Source: Octopus vulgaris
Taxonomy: Eukaryota
Length of the DNA stretch: 64,000 bases
NCBI GenBank assembly: GCA_951406725.2
Contig: OX597836.1
Span: forward strand, 34,782,001-34,846,000
Reading direction: 5' to 3'
In this document: positions 26,260-39,544 of the stretch, one piece after another
Layout: each line of letters begins with the position of its first letter
Numbering within the stretch: the first letter of the stretch is position 1
Notes under the pieces: model-generated
Told to the model about the DNA's origin: nothing
The model's input: only the letters and a program-made list of their open reading frames with translations
The model's database searches: none
Program-made: the position numbers and the translations under genes

Positions 26260-27164
26260 CAGGGTGTTCACAAAGTCTGGGTACATGGGGATTAACACAT
26301 ACTTTAAGAAATTATTATTTCTTATATTTAATTCTTTATGTTATGATGATTTTATTTACTCCATGTACCCACATGGGGATTTAACAATACTTTAAGAAAT
26401 TATTATTTCTTATATTTAATTCTTTATGTTATGATGATTTTATTTACTCCATGTACCCACATGGAGATTAACAATACTTTAAGAAATTATTATTTCTTAT
26501 ATTTAATTCTTTATGTTATGATGATTTTATTTACTCCATGTACCCACATGGGGATTAACAATACTTTAGAAATTATTATTTCTTATATTTAATTCTTTAT
26601 GTTATGATGATTTTATTTACTCCATGTACCCACATGGGGATTAACAATACTTTAAGAAATCATTATTTCTTATATTTAATTCTTTATGTTATGATTTTAT
26701 TTACTCCATGTACCCACATGGGGGTTAACAATACTTTAAGAAATTATTATTTCTTATATTTAATTCTTTATGTTATGATGATTTTATTTACTCCATGTAC
26801 CCACATGGGGATTAACAATACTTTAAGAAATTATTATTTCTTATATTTAATTCTTTATGTTATGATGATTTTATTTACTCCATGTACCCACATGGGGATT
26901 AACAATACTTTAAGAAATCATTATTTCTTATATTTAATTGTTTATGTTATGATTTTATTTAATCCATGTCCCCACATGGGGATTAACAATACTTTAAGAA
27001 ATTATTATTTCTTATATTTAATTCTTTATGTTATGATGATTTTATTTACTCCATGTACCCACATGGGGATTAACAATACTTTAAGAAATTATTATTTCTT
27101 ATATTTAATTCTTTATGTTATGATTTTATTTACTCCATGTACCCAGACTTTGTGGTCACCCTTG
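26260..27164. mobile_element. Tc1/mariner-type MITE whose interior is a 10-unit tandem array of about 87 bp
   Basis: TA|CAGGGTGTTCACAAAGTCTGGGTACATGG ... CCATGTACCCAGACTTTGTGGTCACCCTTG|TA, enclosing ten CATGG(G/A)G-started units. Confidence 0.88.
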
Positions 27165-27340
27165 TATGTCTTGTTTGTTGTATCCAGGACTCTATAAAGG
27201 AACTTGTTTGCAATATAAATGTGTCAATGCAAGAACTTGATTTTCTTATACTGTTTTATATTTTAAAGATGAGGAATTCTGTACATTATTTACATTGTTT
27301 ACATTGGACGGATGTGTGTCCTCATCTTGTTTGTTGTTAC

Positions 27341-27383
27341 CACAACATTTCGGCTGGTTTACTCTCCAGCCTTCATCAGGTGT
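27341..27383 (-). ncRNA. Minimal type I hammerhead ribozyme of a Penelope-like element remnant
   Basis: Minus strand CAC-CTGATGA-A-GGCTGG-agagtaaa-CCAGCC-GAAA-TGT-T-GTG. Inverted partial copy at 27484-27570. Confidence 0.75.
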
Positions 27384-28030
27384 CCTGGTGGAATTTTGAA
27401 CCCCAACCCTGGGTTCTCATTCCTAAGGTATTTTTTGCCGGGCAGTGCCTTGAATAATTAATATTAATAATAGTAACATCAGTAAAAAATATCTTCGGAA
27501 TGAGAACCCAGGGCTGGGATCAAAATTCCATCAGGATACCTGATGAAGGCTGGAGAATAAATCATCCGATATATTTGGGGGTAATTGGTTAAAAAGTTAT
27601 CTAACTCCAGCTAAAATACTCCAGCTAAGGCAGTGAGATGGTAGAAACGTTAGCACGCCGGGTGAAATTCTATGGGATGCTTCATCTGCTGTTACATTCT
27701 GAGTTCAAATTCTGCTGAGGTCGACTTTGCCTTTCATCCTTTCGGGGTCGATAAATTAAATTCCAGTTACGCACTGGGGGTGATGTAATCGACTTAATCC
27801 CTTTGTCTGTCCTTGTCTGTCCCCTCTATGTTTAGTCCCTTGTGGGCAGTAAAGAAATAAGAAATACTCATTACATTGTCAGTGTGGTGGGCATTAGGAA
27901 GGGGATCCAGCCACAGAAACCATACCAAATCAGAATGGAACCTGGTGTAGCTCTCCTACTTAATAGTTCCGGTCAAACCATCTAACCCATGTCAGCATGG
28001 AAAGCAGACAGTAAAGAATGAAAATGATGA

Positions 28031-28566
28031 TTGTATTACATATTGTGTTACATATTGTTATATCTTGTGTTACATAGTGTTACATATTGTGTTACATATT
28101 GTTATATTTTGTGTTACATAGTGTTACATATTGTTATATTTTGTGTTACATTTTGTGTTATATATCGTGTTACATATTGTGTTACATTTTGTGTTACATA
28201 TTGTTATATTTTGTGTTACATAGTGTTACATATTGTTATATTTTGTGTTACATTTTGTGTTACATTTTGTGTTATAGTTTGTGTTATATATTGTGTTACA
28301 TATTGTGTTACATTTTGTGTTACATATTGTTATATTTTGTGTTACATTTTGTGTTATATTTTGTGTTACATAGTGTTACATATTGTTATATTTTGTGTTA
28401 CATTTTGTATTATATAGTGTTACATATTGTGTTTCATTTTGTGTTACATATTGTTATATTTTGTGTTACATTTTGTGTTACATTTTGTGTTACAGTTTGT
28501 GTTATATTCTGTGTTACAGTTTGTGTTATATTTTGCGTTACATATCGTGTTACATTTTGTGTTACC
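28031..28566. repeat. 9/11 bp minisatellite (TTGTGTTACAT / TTGTTATAT)
   Basis: About 50 short units ending 20 nt before the exon 8 acceptor. Confidence 0.95.
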
Positions 28567-28585
28567 TATTATTTCCTCCATCCAG

Positions 28586-28781
28586 GCTGCCACATTATTT
28601 GTTGATCAGCTTGATGAAGTTAGAATTGTCCAAATACCCAAGTTATGCCAGTTTACTTAACAACAAACGGAAACTGTGGTCATCAATAACTTGTGAGGAA
28701 ATCCGTGAAGATATGGAAGTTACTCAGACACCCCGGATTTACATGGTAGAAACCAAAGAAAAGGAAGCGCCAGAATCAAAG
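28586..28781 (+). CDS. RGS22: RGS22-like exon 8 (LPHYLLISLMKL...APESK)
   Basis: CCAG acceptor completes YW-LPHY (compare YWAPRF). Donor AAG|GTAGGA; the 3' boundary is less certain. Confidence 0.8.
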
Positions 28782-29764
28782 GTAGGACAATACCTGAACG
28801 ACTTTTGCATAAGAATCACGAGAATACAAAGTTGTTTCTTTTGTTTATATAACCACAGATCAGCTCCAATTAAGCAGGAATATTGTACAAAGCATTCCAA
28901 CCTTGACCAACCCACATTTATTTCAGATAGTAATTGGATTATTAGATAAATTATTGGCGCAGGAGTGGCTGTGTGGTAAGTAGCTTGCTTACCAACCACA
29001 TGGTTCCGGGTTCAGTCCGGAACCATTATCAGATAATTTATTATCTGCAAAATTCCAACATATTCTCTTACAGCTGTTTCAATTAAGCCTAAAGATTAAA
29101 ATAGCAATTATTAAATCATTGTATTAGACACAATTTCATCAGAGGGGTAGAAAAAATATACCGTTAGAATATTAGGTGATGAACCAGTAATTCATTGGAT
29201 GTTACTATCCCTTAATGAAGCTGTTTTAACCTCTAACTGAATGTATGTGTGTGTGTGTATATATACATATATATATTTATGTATATATATATATATTTAT
29301 ATATATATATATTTATATATATATAGCTCCTACACGCATTTTTTTCTCTCCTTGTTTCTTTCCTTGTTTTTTTCTGTGTATCTTTCTGTCGAAGAGGGTA
29401 GGCTCGAAACATAAAAGACTTTTTCTATTTCTATTCCTGAGCGCCATACTAATACATTTGTTTGTTTGTACTCCACCTGCCTTCGTCTTTTGTTTATTTT
29501 CGTAAACCTTCCCGTTATATATATATATATATTTAATGAAATGGATAAATGAATTATCTTGTTACGGATTATTCAAAATTTAACCGATACCTGTGTAGCA
29601 AAAATCACACCAGAAAAGACACGGTTGAGGTTACGACCATGGGGTTTCGCCCCCGTGCTTTAGCGCGGATAATTGAAGTTTTATATATTTAGTGAAGTGA
29701 AACATGTGTAGAAAATAATAAAAAGGAATTTTGTAGAATCTTCGTTCGGCTCCATTTCTACCCT

Positions 29765-29894
<130 letters not shown>

Positions 29895-29918
29895 TAGATA
29901 TAGATATTTCCTTTTCAG

Positions 29919-30124
29919 CTTTTTCCTCCAGATATTTTGCGATTACCTCCCCAAATGCAAAGAACTGGGATGCGTCGTACACATTTACTCACATCGTTGA
30001 AAAATTGTGGAAATTATGGGAATACTGTTTTCAACAATTTGGAGAAAACAAAGAAGGTGACTGATGGAAGCAATAAAGATAAAGTCAAGGAGGGGCAACC
30101 CATGCCTGAGACCAAAACCAAATC
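29919..30124 (+). CDS. RGS22: RGS22-like exon 9 ([12 protein letters not shown]...TKTKS)
   Basis: TTTTCAG acceptor, GTAAGT donor, open frame. Phases 0/2 bridge exons 8 and 10. No recognisable homology. Confidence 0.7.
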
Positions 30125-30281
30125 GTAAGTACCATTTTTTTCTCCTCTTTTTGTCATTTTGGCGCAATTGATTGGCAAGTTTGCCATCAGTACAGAAGTT
30201 TTATGGTTTGAGTCTCACATGTAACTTTTGCCCCCTTTTCATCAAGGTGGTGCCTTGGTACGGCCACAATCCAGTGATTAA

Positions 30282-30502
30282 CCCTTTAGTGTTTAAACCG
30301 GCCAAATCTGGCCCAATATATTCTATATGTTTTATATTCAAACTGGCCATATCTAACCTCTCACACCTAACCTACAATGCCATTCTGAAAATGAACAATC
30401 ACATCACTGAAACCTCAAAGCTATAAGATAATAAAGGATTAATTGAAAACAATTTGAGTGAAAAAGTATTACATTTAACAGAGTAATCTGAACACTAAAG
30501 GG
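30282..30502. mobile_element. piggyBac-type MITE
   Basis: TTAA|CCCTTTAGTGTTTA ... TGAACACTAAAGGG|TTAA (TIRs plus TTAA TSD). Confidence 0.88.
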
Positions 30503-30661
30503 TTAAAACAAGCCTTATAAAATGAACCTTATGTTTAGTGTTGTGGAAGGATCCTGGTCACCCCCACATGACTAAAAATGGACTAATGCATTTTCATAAA
30601 ATAAAAAAAACTGTCATAGTTAACAGTAAGCAGTTGACGGTACAGTTGACAGAGTACCATA

Positions 30662-31433
30662 AGGCGGTGAACTGGCGTGCCGGGTGAAATGCTTGGCAGT
30701 ATTTCGTCTGCCATTACAATCTGAGTTCAAATTCTGCCGAGGTCGACTTTGCCTTTCATCCTTTCGGGATCGATAAATTAAGTACCAGTTACGCACTGGT
30801 GTCGATATAATCGACTTAATCTGTTTGTCTGTCTTTGTTTGTCCCTTCCGTGTTTAGGCCCTTGTGGGTAGTAAAGAAATAGGTATTTCGTCTGTCTTTA
30901 CGTTCTGAGTTCAAATTCCGCCAAGGTCAACTTTGCCTTTCATCCTTTCGGGGTTGATAAATTAAGTATCAGTTACGCACTGGGGTCGATATAATCGACT
31001 TAATCCGTTTGTCTGTCCTTGTTTGTCCCTTCCGTGTTTAGCCCCTTGTGGGTAGTAAAGAAATAGGTATTTCGTCTGTCTTTACGTTCTGAGTTCAAAT
31101 TCCGCCGAGGTCAACTTTGCCTTTCATCCTTTCGGGATTGATAAATTAAGTACCAGTTACGCACTGGGGTCGATATAATCGACTTAATCCGTTTGTCTGT
31201 CCTTGTTTGTCCCTTCCGTGTTTAGCCCCTTGTGGGTAGTAAAGAAATAGGTATTTCGTCTGTCTTTACGTTCTGAGTTCAAATTCCGCCGAGGTCAACT
31301 TTGCCTTTCATCCTTTCGGGGTCGATAAATTAAGTACCAGTTACGCACTGGGGTTGATATAATCGACTTAATCCTTTTGTCTGTCCTTGTTTGTCCCCTC
31401 TGTGTTTAGCCCCTTGTGGGCAGTAAAAAAATA
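30662..31433 (+). mobile_element. SINE family C, tandem tetramer (184 bp period)
   Basis: GAGTTCAAATT at 30723, 30907, 31091 and 31275. The direct repeat GGTACAGTTGACAGAGT flanks the whole array. Confidence 0.92.
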
Positions 31434-32867
31434 GGTACAGTTGACAGAGTTGATCATTCGTATTGGATTATTGTGTTAGTTTAATATTGTACCTATGTTG
31501 GACATAGTATGGAGTACATTCTGTGTGAACGTATTAATTCTGCGAAAAGTTACTCTAGATAACCATATCCAAATATTTATTTGGGTAATACTATTCCTAC
31601 ACCTTTGTGCACACCCAAACATCTTAATAATGGAAGCACTCCGTCGGTTCCGATGACGAGGGTTCCGGTTGATCCGAATCAACGGAACAGCCTGCTCGTG
31701 AAATTAACGTGTAAGTGGCTGAGCACTCCACAGACACGTGTACCCTTAACGTAGTTCTCGAGGATATTCAGTGTGACACAGAGAGTGACAAGGCCGGCCC
31801 TTTGAAATACAGGTACAACAGAAACAGGAAGTAAGAGAAAGTTGTGGTGAAAGAGTACAGCAGGGATCACCACCATCCCCTGCCGGAGCCTCGTGGAGCT
31901 TTTAGGTGTTTTCGCTCAATAAACACTCACAACGCCCGGTCTGGGAATCGAAACCGCGATCCTACGACCGCGAGTCCACTGCCCTAACCACTGGGCCATT
32001 GCGCCTCCACTGCACACCCAAACATCATCTTAATATTATTGGCAATGAGTTTCTCAAACCTGAGGCATAGCAAGTGTATCATAGTTGCTGCATTTGGGGC
32101 CAGATTTTTATATGGTCAAGTATGGGCAATGACCCAGATGCCCCCAAGCTTGTGTGGAAATACAAGTTTCCAGGACCTATTTATTTCGGAGAAGCCTAAA
32201 GCCTGGAGTTGAAATTTAAAAAATACATCTACTATAAAAGCGATAAACGTCGCCCTTTTCAAGCCTAGCCAGGCTCATGGGCCCGGTTTCCCGATTTCTG
32301 TGGTGTATGTGTTCCCCCCAGCTGGACGGGATGTCAGTCCATTGCAGTGTTACTCAAGAAACAGGAAGAGAGAGCGAGAGAAAGTTGTGGCGAAAGAGTA
32401 CAACAGGGGTTGCCACCACCCACTGCCGGTGCCTCGTGGAGCTTTTTAGGTGTTTTTGCTCAATAAACACGCACAATACCCAGTCTGGGAATCGAAACCG
32501 CGACCCTCCAACTGCAAGTCCGCTGCCCTAACCACTGGGTCATTGTGCCTCCATATCTACTATAACCAAATAAATAATTTGTAAGGTGAACTGGCAGAAT
32601 CGTTAGCACACCAGGCTAAATGCTTAGTAGTATTTCATCCATCTTTATGATCTGAGTTCAAATTTCGCAGAGGTCAACCGTTACCTTTTATCCTTTCGGG
32701 ATTGTTTAATATGTACCAGTCAAACACTGGGGTCAACGTGATTGACGTATCTCCTTTCCTGAAATTGCTGGCCTTGTGCTGAAATTTGAAATCAATATAA
32801 ATATGATTCATTATTATTTTAAGGTGGCAAGCTGGTAAAGGTGGCGACTGGCAGAATCGTTAACACC

Positions 32868-33885
32868 ACACTCACTCCCTCCTTCACTCGCTCACTCCCT
32901 TCCTTCCTCATTCACTCTCTCACTCCCTCCTTCACTCACTCACTCACTCCCTCACTCACTCCCTCCTTCACTCGCTCACTCCCTTCCTTCTTCATTCACT
33001 CTGTCACTCCCTCCTTCACTCACTCACTCACTCACTCCCTCCTTCACTCACTCACTCCCTTCCTTCCTCATTCACTCTCTCACTCCCTCCTTCACTCCCA
33101 CACTCACTCCCTCCTTCACTCACTCACTTCCTCCTTCACTCGCTCACTCATTCTCTCCTTCACTCACTCACTCAGTCACTCACTTACTCACTCCCTCCTT
33201 CACTCACTCACTCCCTTCTTTCCTCATTCACTCTCTCACCCTCTCCTTCACTCCCACACTCATTCCCTCCTTCACTCACTCACTCCCTTCTTTCCTCATT
33301 CACTCTCTCACCCTCTCCTTCACTCCCACGCTCATTCCCTCCTTCACTCACTCACTCTCTCACTCCCTCCTTCACTCACTCACTCACTCCCTTCCTTCCT
33401 CATTCACTCTCTCACTCCCTCCTTCCCTCCCACACTCATTCCCTCCTTCACTCACTCACTCCCACACTCATTCCCTCCTTCGATCACTCACTCCCTTCTT
33501 TCCTCATTCACTCTCTCACTCCCTCCTTCACTCCCACCCACACTCATTCCCTCCTTCACTCACTCCCTTCTTTCCTCATTCACTCTCTCACTCTCTCCTT
33601 CACTCCCACCCACACTCATTCCCTCCTTCACTCACTCACTCCCTTCCTTCCTTCCTCATTCACTCTCTCACTCCCTCCTTCACTCCCACCCTCATTCCCT
33701 CCTTCACTCACTCACTCCCTTCTTTCCTCATTCACTCTCTCACTCTCTCCTTCACTCCCACCCACACTCATTCCCTCCTTCACTCACTCACTCCCTTCCT
33801 TCCTTCCTCGTTCACTCTCTCACTCCATCCTTCACTCCCACCCACACTCATTTCCTCCTTCACTCACCCACTCACTCACTCACTG
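32868..33885. repeat. (CACT)/(CCTT)-based pyrimidine-rich satellite
   Basis: About 1 kb nearly G-free low-complexity array ending 30 nt before exon 10. Confidence 0.95.
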
Positions 33886-33914
33886 AAACACTTATCTCTT
33901 TATTTCATTACCAG

Positions 33915-34236
33915 AAAGCCACCATTTTCGAAAGTGTTCCCTCCCAGAATGACACACGGTCTACCAATGCTTCCAGAAATGGCTCCTGTACTGGTGGAGA
34001 CAGTCGGCGAGTCTATGATTGGATGGACACAAAGACAACATCCGATGCCCAAAGTGGTGAAGGTGAATCGGATCTTTGGTGCAGTGGAACAAATGGTGGA
34101 CCCATGGACAGGTCATTTTGAAGAGCACTTAGAAACTACAAAAATAAAACTAGTAAGCACTTTATTGGTGACTTTGAGGGAGGAGAGCAAGTGTGGCAAT
34201 TACTTTGAGAACTTCTTAACCAAATGCAAAAATAAG
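33915..34236 (+). CDS. RGS22: RGS22-like exon 10 (...LLVTLREESKCGNYFENFLTKCKNK)
   Basis: CCAG acceptor, AAG|GTAATA donor. Matches recalled LLQSLYVENRAGFFFTKFCEHSGNK. Confidence 0.88.
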
Positions 34237-34251
34237 GTAATATATAAATAT

Positions 34252-34961
34252 ACTCTTTTACTCTTTTACTTGTTTCAGTCATTTGACCGCGGCCATGCTG
34301 GAGCACTGCCTTTAGTCGAGCAAATCGACCCCGGGACTTATTCTTTGTAAGCCTAGTACTTATTCTATCGGTCTCTTTTGTCGAACCGCTAAGTGACGGG
34401 GATGTAAACACACCAGCATCGGTTGTCAAGCAATGCTAGGGGGACAAACACAGACACACAAACACACACATACATATATATATACATATATATACTCTTT
34501 ACTCTCTTTACTCTTTTACTTGTTTCAGTCATTTGACCGCGGCCATGCTGGAGCACTGCCTTTAGTCGAGCAAATCGACCCCGGGACTTATTCTTTGTAA
34601 GCCTAGTACTTATTCTATCGGTCTCTTTTGTCGAACCGCTAAGTGACGGGGATGTAAACACACCAGCATCGGTTGTCAAGCAATGCTAGGGGGACAAACA
34701 CAGACACACAAACACACACATACATATATATATACATATATATACTCTTTACTCTCTTTACTCTTTTACTTGTTTCAGTCATTTGACTGCGGCCATGCTG
34801 GAGCACCACCTTTAGTCGAGCAAATCGACCCCGGGACTTATTCTTTGTAAGCCCAGTACTTATTCTATCGGTCTCTTTTGCCGAACTGCTAAGTGACGGG
34901 GACGTAAACACACCAGCATCGGTTGTCAAGCAATGCTAGGGGAACAAACACAGACACACAA

Positions 34962-35012
<51 letters not shown>

Positions 35013-35422
35013 TATACTCTTTACTCTCTTTACTCTTTTACTTGTTTCAGTCATTTGACTGCGGCCATGCTGGAGCACCGCCTTTAGTCGAGCAAATCGA
35101 CCCCGGGACTTATTCTTTGTAAGCCCAGTACTTATTCTATCGGACTCTTTTGCCGAACCGCTAAGTGACGGGGACGTAAACACACCAGCATCGGTTGTCA
35201 AGCAATGCTAGGGGAACAAACACAGACACACATACATACATATATATATACATATATACGACAGGCTTCTTTCAGTTTCCGTCTACCAAATCCACTCACA
35301 AGGCATTGGTCGGCCCGGGGCTATAGCAGAAGACACTTGCCCAAGATGCCACGCAGTGGGACTGAACCCGGAACCATGTGGTTGGTTAGCAAGCTACTTA
35401 CCACACAGCCACTCCTGCGCCT
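34252..35422 (-). mobile_element. SINE family A with its 3' half tandemly repeated (4 copies, about 250 bp period)
   Basis: One head at 35422 and four tails; the two left tail units appear identical. Confidence 0.92.
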
Positions 35423-35713
35423 ATCTTTAATCTTTAATCATTTATCTTTTATTTTTTGTCTTTTACTTGTTTTACTTGTTTACTTTTGCTTGTTTCAGTC
35501 ATTAGACTGCAGCCTTCCTGGGGCATCCCCTTGAAGAATTTTTTGTTGAATAATTGACACCAGTACCCTTTTTTTTTTTTTTTTTTTTGGTTTTTTGTAA
35601 ATCCTGGTGTTTATTCTATCGTCCTCTTTTGCTGAAAGTGTGATGAGGGACAATAACAGACACAGACACACACACACACACACACAACACATACACACAC
35701 GCACACGTATGCA

Positions 35714-35756
<43 letters not shown>

Positions 35757-35839
35757 TGAGGGACATGCTCAATTGGTTAAGGTCAAGCACTACTGTGCAA
35801 ATGTGTAGTATTGAGTAGAATATTTGCTGGTTGTGCTGC

Positions 35840-35896
<57 letters not shown>

Positions 35897-36456
35897 CGAT
35901 GATGATGGCGATGAGGATGATAAAAGCAACAATGATGACAATGATGATGATGATGATGATGATGATAACAACACTGATGATTTGATGCAACGTCAATGAT
36001 GATGATGACGATGGTGGTGGCCGTGGAATGGGGGTAGGGGTGGTAGTTCTGCTGCTGCTGCTGATGATGATGCTGATGATAAACGTAACAATGATGACAA
36101 TGATGATGATGATGATGATGATGATAACACTGATGATGATTTTGATGCAACAATGTTGAGGATGATGATGATGATTATGATGATGATGATGATGACAATG
36201 GTAGTGGTGGTGGTGGTGGTGGTGGTGGTGGTGGATAGGTGGATTATGATGATGACAACGATGACGGTGGCGACAATGACAATGACAAGAACGACGATGG
36301 CGATGATGACGATGATGATGATGACGATGGTAATGAAGAGAAAGAGAGAAGAGATCTTGATGATTTCTTCTCTCTTTCTCTTCTTTTGGTTCTCTCCTGA
36401 AATTCTGTGACCCTTATTTTCACTAAAATACACCTTAACCATTTTTGCTGCCACAG

Positions 36457-36558
36457 CTTGCACTCAACTGTCTCTACCTTTATCACAACATTGAGAAATT
36501 CTTGCAAATCTTCTACACTCAACCAATCAACATGTTTCGTATCTGCAGATATGCCAAA
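36457..36558 (+). CDS. RGS22: RGS22-like exon 11 (LALNCLYLYHNIEKFLQIFYTQPINMFRICRYAK)
   Basis: ACAG acceptor, GTAAGT donor, 34 codons. Aligns without gaps to recalled LWKNSVYFWFDLQAYHQLFYQETLQPFKVCKQAQ. Not in the ORF track. Confidence 0.9.
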
Positions 36559-36582
36559 GTAAGTTCAAACCATTTCTTTGTA

Positions 36583-36617
<35 letters not shown>

Positions 36618-37282
36618 TTGTTAATCACTCATTCTCATTTAATTGTATATATTTTAATTGTTTAATTGTATATATTTTAATTGTTTGTTTATTCATACGT
36701 TTCGTCTCATTCGATACCCCTGACTCCAACGTTTGTTTTGTCTGTCCTCGTATCGTCCCCTCTTTTTCTCAACCTTATGGTGAGTAAAGAAATACTGTCT
36801 CTCTCTTTCTCTCTCTCTCCCCCTGACTCTCTCTCCCCCTGACTCTCTCTCCCTCTCTCCCACTCCTCGTCCTCCTCCTCCTTCGCTCTCTCTCATCTTA
36901 CTTCTTCTATCATGCTATTTAATTTTATATTATTAACTTTTGTAGTCGTTAAGGTAACAAGCAGGCAGGACTGTTAAAGTGCCAGATTAAAATACCTAGT
37001 TGCATTACTTCTGACTCATTAGATCTGAGTTCAAATTCCACTGAAGTCAACTTCACCTTCCATCCTTTTGGAATCGATGAAATAAGTACCAACCGAACCC
37101 TAGACCAACTAGAGCTCTCCAAGAGCAGGGGCCTATAAGTACAGTCAGTTTAAGCACCCAAAATTCAAAGTATGTTCAGTCGAGTTTGAATTACACTCTC
37201 CAGAAAGCTATTCTCATGGCTGCATGTTTAATTGAAGATTTATGATAGAAGGGTAATCAAAGAAGACATGTCATGGCACCTG

Positions 37283-39320
37283 GGTCTGTAATACAAATGT
37301 CTTGTTTTCATAAATTTTGAATTAAAATCTTCCACCAAACCTTAGTCACAATTTATGTTCCTAACACTAGCTAAATGATAACTGAGTTATTTTACTAAAT
37401 TCTTTGTTATATACCCTTTTGACACCAACCCGGCTGAAACCGGCTCTGGCTCTGTAGTACAAATGTCTTGTTTTCATAAGTTTTGAATTAAAATCTTCCA
37501 CCAAACCTTAGTCACAATTTATGTTCCTAATACTAGCTGAATGATAACTAAGTTATTTTACTAAATTCTTTGTTATATACCCTTTTGATACCAACCCGGC
37601 TGAAACCGGCTCTGGCTCTGTAGTACAAATGTCTTGTTTTCATAAGTTTTGAATTAAAATCTTCCACCATGGCACTTGATATGTAAAAACCAGCAAGAAT
37701 TTTGAGTTTCAAACGGACATTTTCCTTGCATGTCATCTTAGCATTTCCTTTAACTGTATTGCACAGCTAACACTGTCTCTTCGTCGGTTACGCCGACAAG
37801 AGTTCCAGTTGATCCGATCAATGGAACAGCCTGATCATGAGATTAATGTGCAGGTGGTTGAGCACTCCTCAGACATGTATGCCCTTAACGTAATACAGGT
37901 ACCATTTACTTTTGCCTGCTGGGTGGAGAGGGGCGACATGAAATAAAGTGTCTCGCTCAAAGATGCAATGCACTGCCAGGAATTGAACTCATCGTCTTAC
38001 AGCTGTGAGCTGAATACTCCTAACCACTTAATCACACACCTTCACTGTATTGCATGAATACCTTACCTATTAACCCTTTCATTACCAACCCGACTGAAAC
38101 CGGCTCTGGGTCTGTAGTACAAATGTCTTGTTTTCATAAGTTTTGAATTAAAATCTTCCACCAAACCTTAGTCACAATTTATGTTCCTAATACTAGCTTA
38201 ATGATAACTAAGTTATTTTACTAAATTCTTTGTCATATTTAACCCTTTTGATACCAACCCGGCTGAAACCGCCTCTGGCCCTGACTACAAATGTCTTGTT
38301 TTCATAAGTTTTGAATTAAAATCTTCCACCAAACTTTAGTCACAATTTATGTTCCTAATACTAGCTTAATGATAACTAAGTTATTTTACTAAATTCTTTG
38401 TCATATTTAACCCTTTTGATACCAACCCGGCTGAAACCGCCTCTGGCCCTGACTACAAATGTCTTGTTTTCATAAGTTTTGAATTAAAATCTCCCACCAA
38501 ACCTTAGTCACAATTTATGTTCCTAACACTAGCTTAATGATAACTAAGTTATTTTACTAAATTCTTCGTTATATTTAACCCTTTTGATACCAACCCGGCT
38601 GAAACCTGCTCTGGGTCTGTAGTACAAATGCCTTGTTTTCATAAGTTTTGAATTAAAATCCTCCACCATACCTTACTCACAATTTATGTTCCTAACACAA
38701 GATTTTGAATTAAAATCTCCCACCAAACCTTAGTCACAATTTATGTTCCTAACACTAGCTTAATGATAACTAAGTTATTTTACTAAATTCTTCGTTATAT
38801 TTAACCCTTTTGATACCAACCCGGCTGAAACCTGCTCTGGGTCTGTAGTACAAATGCCTTGTTTTCATAAGTTTTGAATTAAAATCCTCCACCATACCTT
38901 ACTCACAATTTATGTTCCTAACACAAGATTTTGAATTAAAATCTCCCACCAAACCTTAGTCACAATTTATGTTCCTAACACTAGCTTAATGATAACTAAG
39001 TTATTTTACTAAATTCTTCGTTATATTTAACCCTTTTGATACCAACCCGGCTGAAACCTGCTCTGGGTCTGTAGTACAAATGCCTTGTTTTCATAAGTTT
39101 TGAATTAAAATCCTCCACCATACCTTACTCACAATTTATGTTCCTAACACAAGATTTTGAATTAAAATCTCCCACCAAACCTTAGTCACAATTTATGTTC
39201 CTAACACTAGCTTAATGATAACTAAGTTATTTTACTAAATTCTTCGTTATATTTAACCCTTTTGATACCAACCCGGCTGAAACCTGCTCTGGGTCTGTAG
39301 TACAAATGTCTTGTTTTCAG
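37283..39320. repeat. Two tandem arrays (37283-37668, 38071-39320) of a 166-168 bp unit, switching to a 226 bp unit
   Basis: AACCCTTT starts near 38072, 38241, 38409, 38577, 38803, 39029 and 39255. Confidence 0.93.
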
Positions 39321-39544
39321 ACGTTTTTTTTTTTCCTTTTCTTTTTTAATTTTTGTACTTTTGAATATGTAAGCTCAGACTGATGTAAAGTCAAATAAAT
39401 GAACAGAAAGCTGGGGTCTATTTTTTTTCCCTTAATTTCTTGAAAAAATGGAAAGACTATAACAAAGTCGAAAAAGTCATAACACGATACTACTCAAGTT
39501 GTAACGTATTTGTACTTATACTGTATTTGTCTCTGGTTTCACAG

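Noticed and set aside
26284-27147. Regular array resembling CRISPR, and the 197 aa ORF over it
   Set aside because: Units are near-identical along their whole length with no unique spacers; eukaryotic context; enclosed by MITE TIRs.
29120-29142. Minus-strand CTGATGA followed by a short hairpin
   Set aside because: No GAAA or stem III follows, and there is only one copy; too degenerate to call a hammerhead.
30723-31433. SINE C array as a classical hammerhead retrozyme
   Set aside because: No CUGANGA...GAAA core on either strand of the unit; only the multimer pattern is kept as a finding.
32841-34121. 426 aa His/Ser/Leu-rich ORF
   Set aside because: Nearly G-free satellite lacking stop codons; its unique 3' part is an alternative frame of exon 10.
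36244-36522. Minus-strand 92 aa ORF with a plausible-looking N-terminus
   Set aside because: Antisense to exon 11, whose + strand frame has splice sites and RGS22 similarity.
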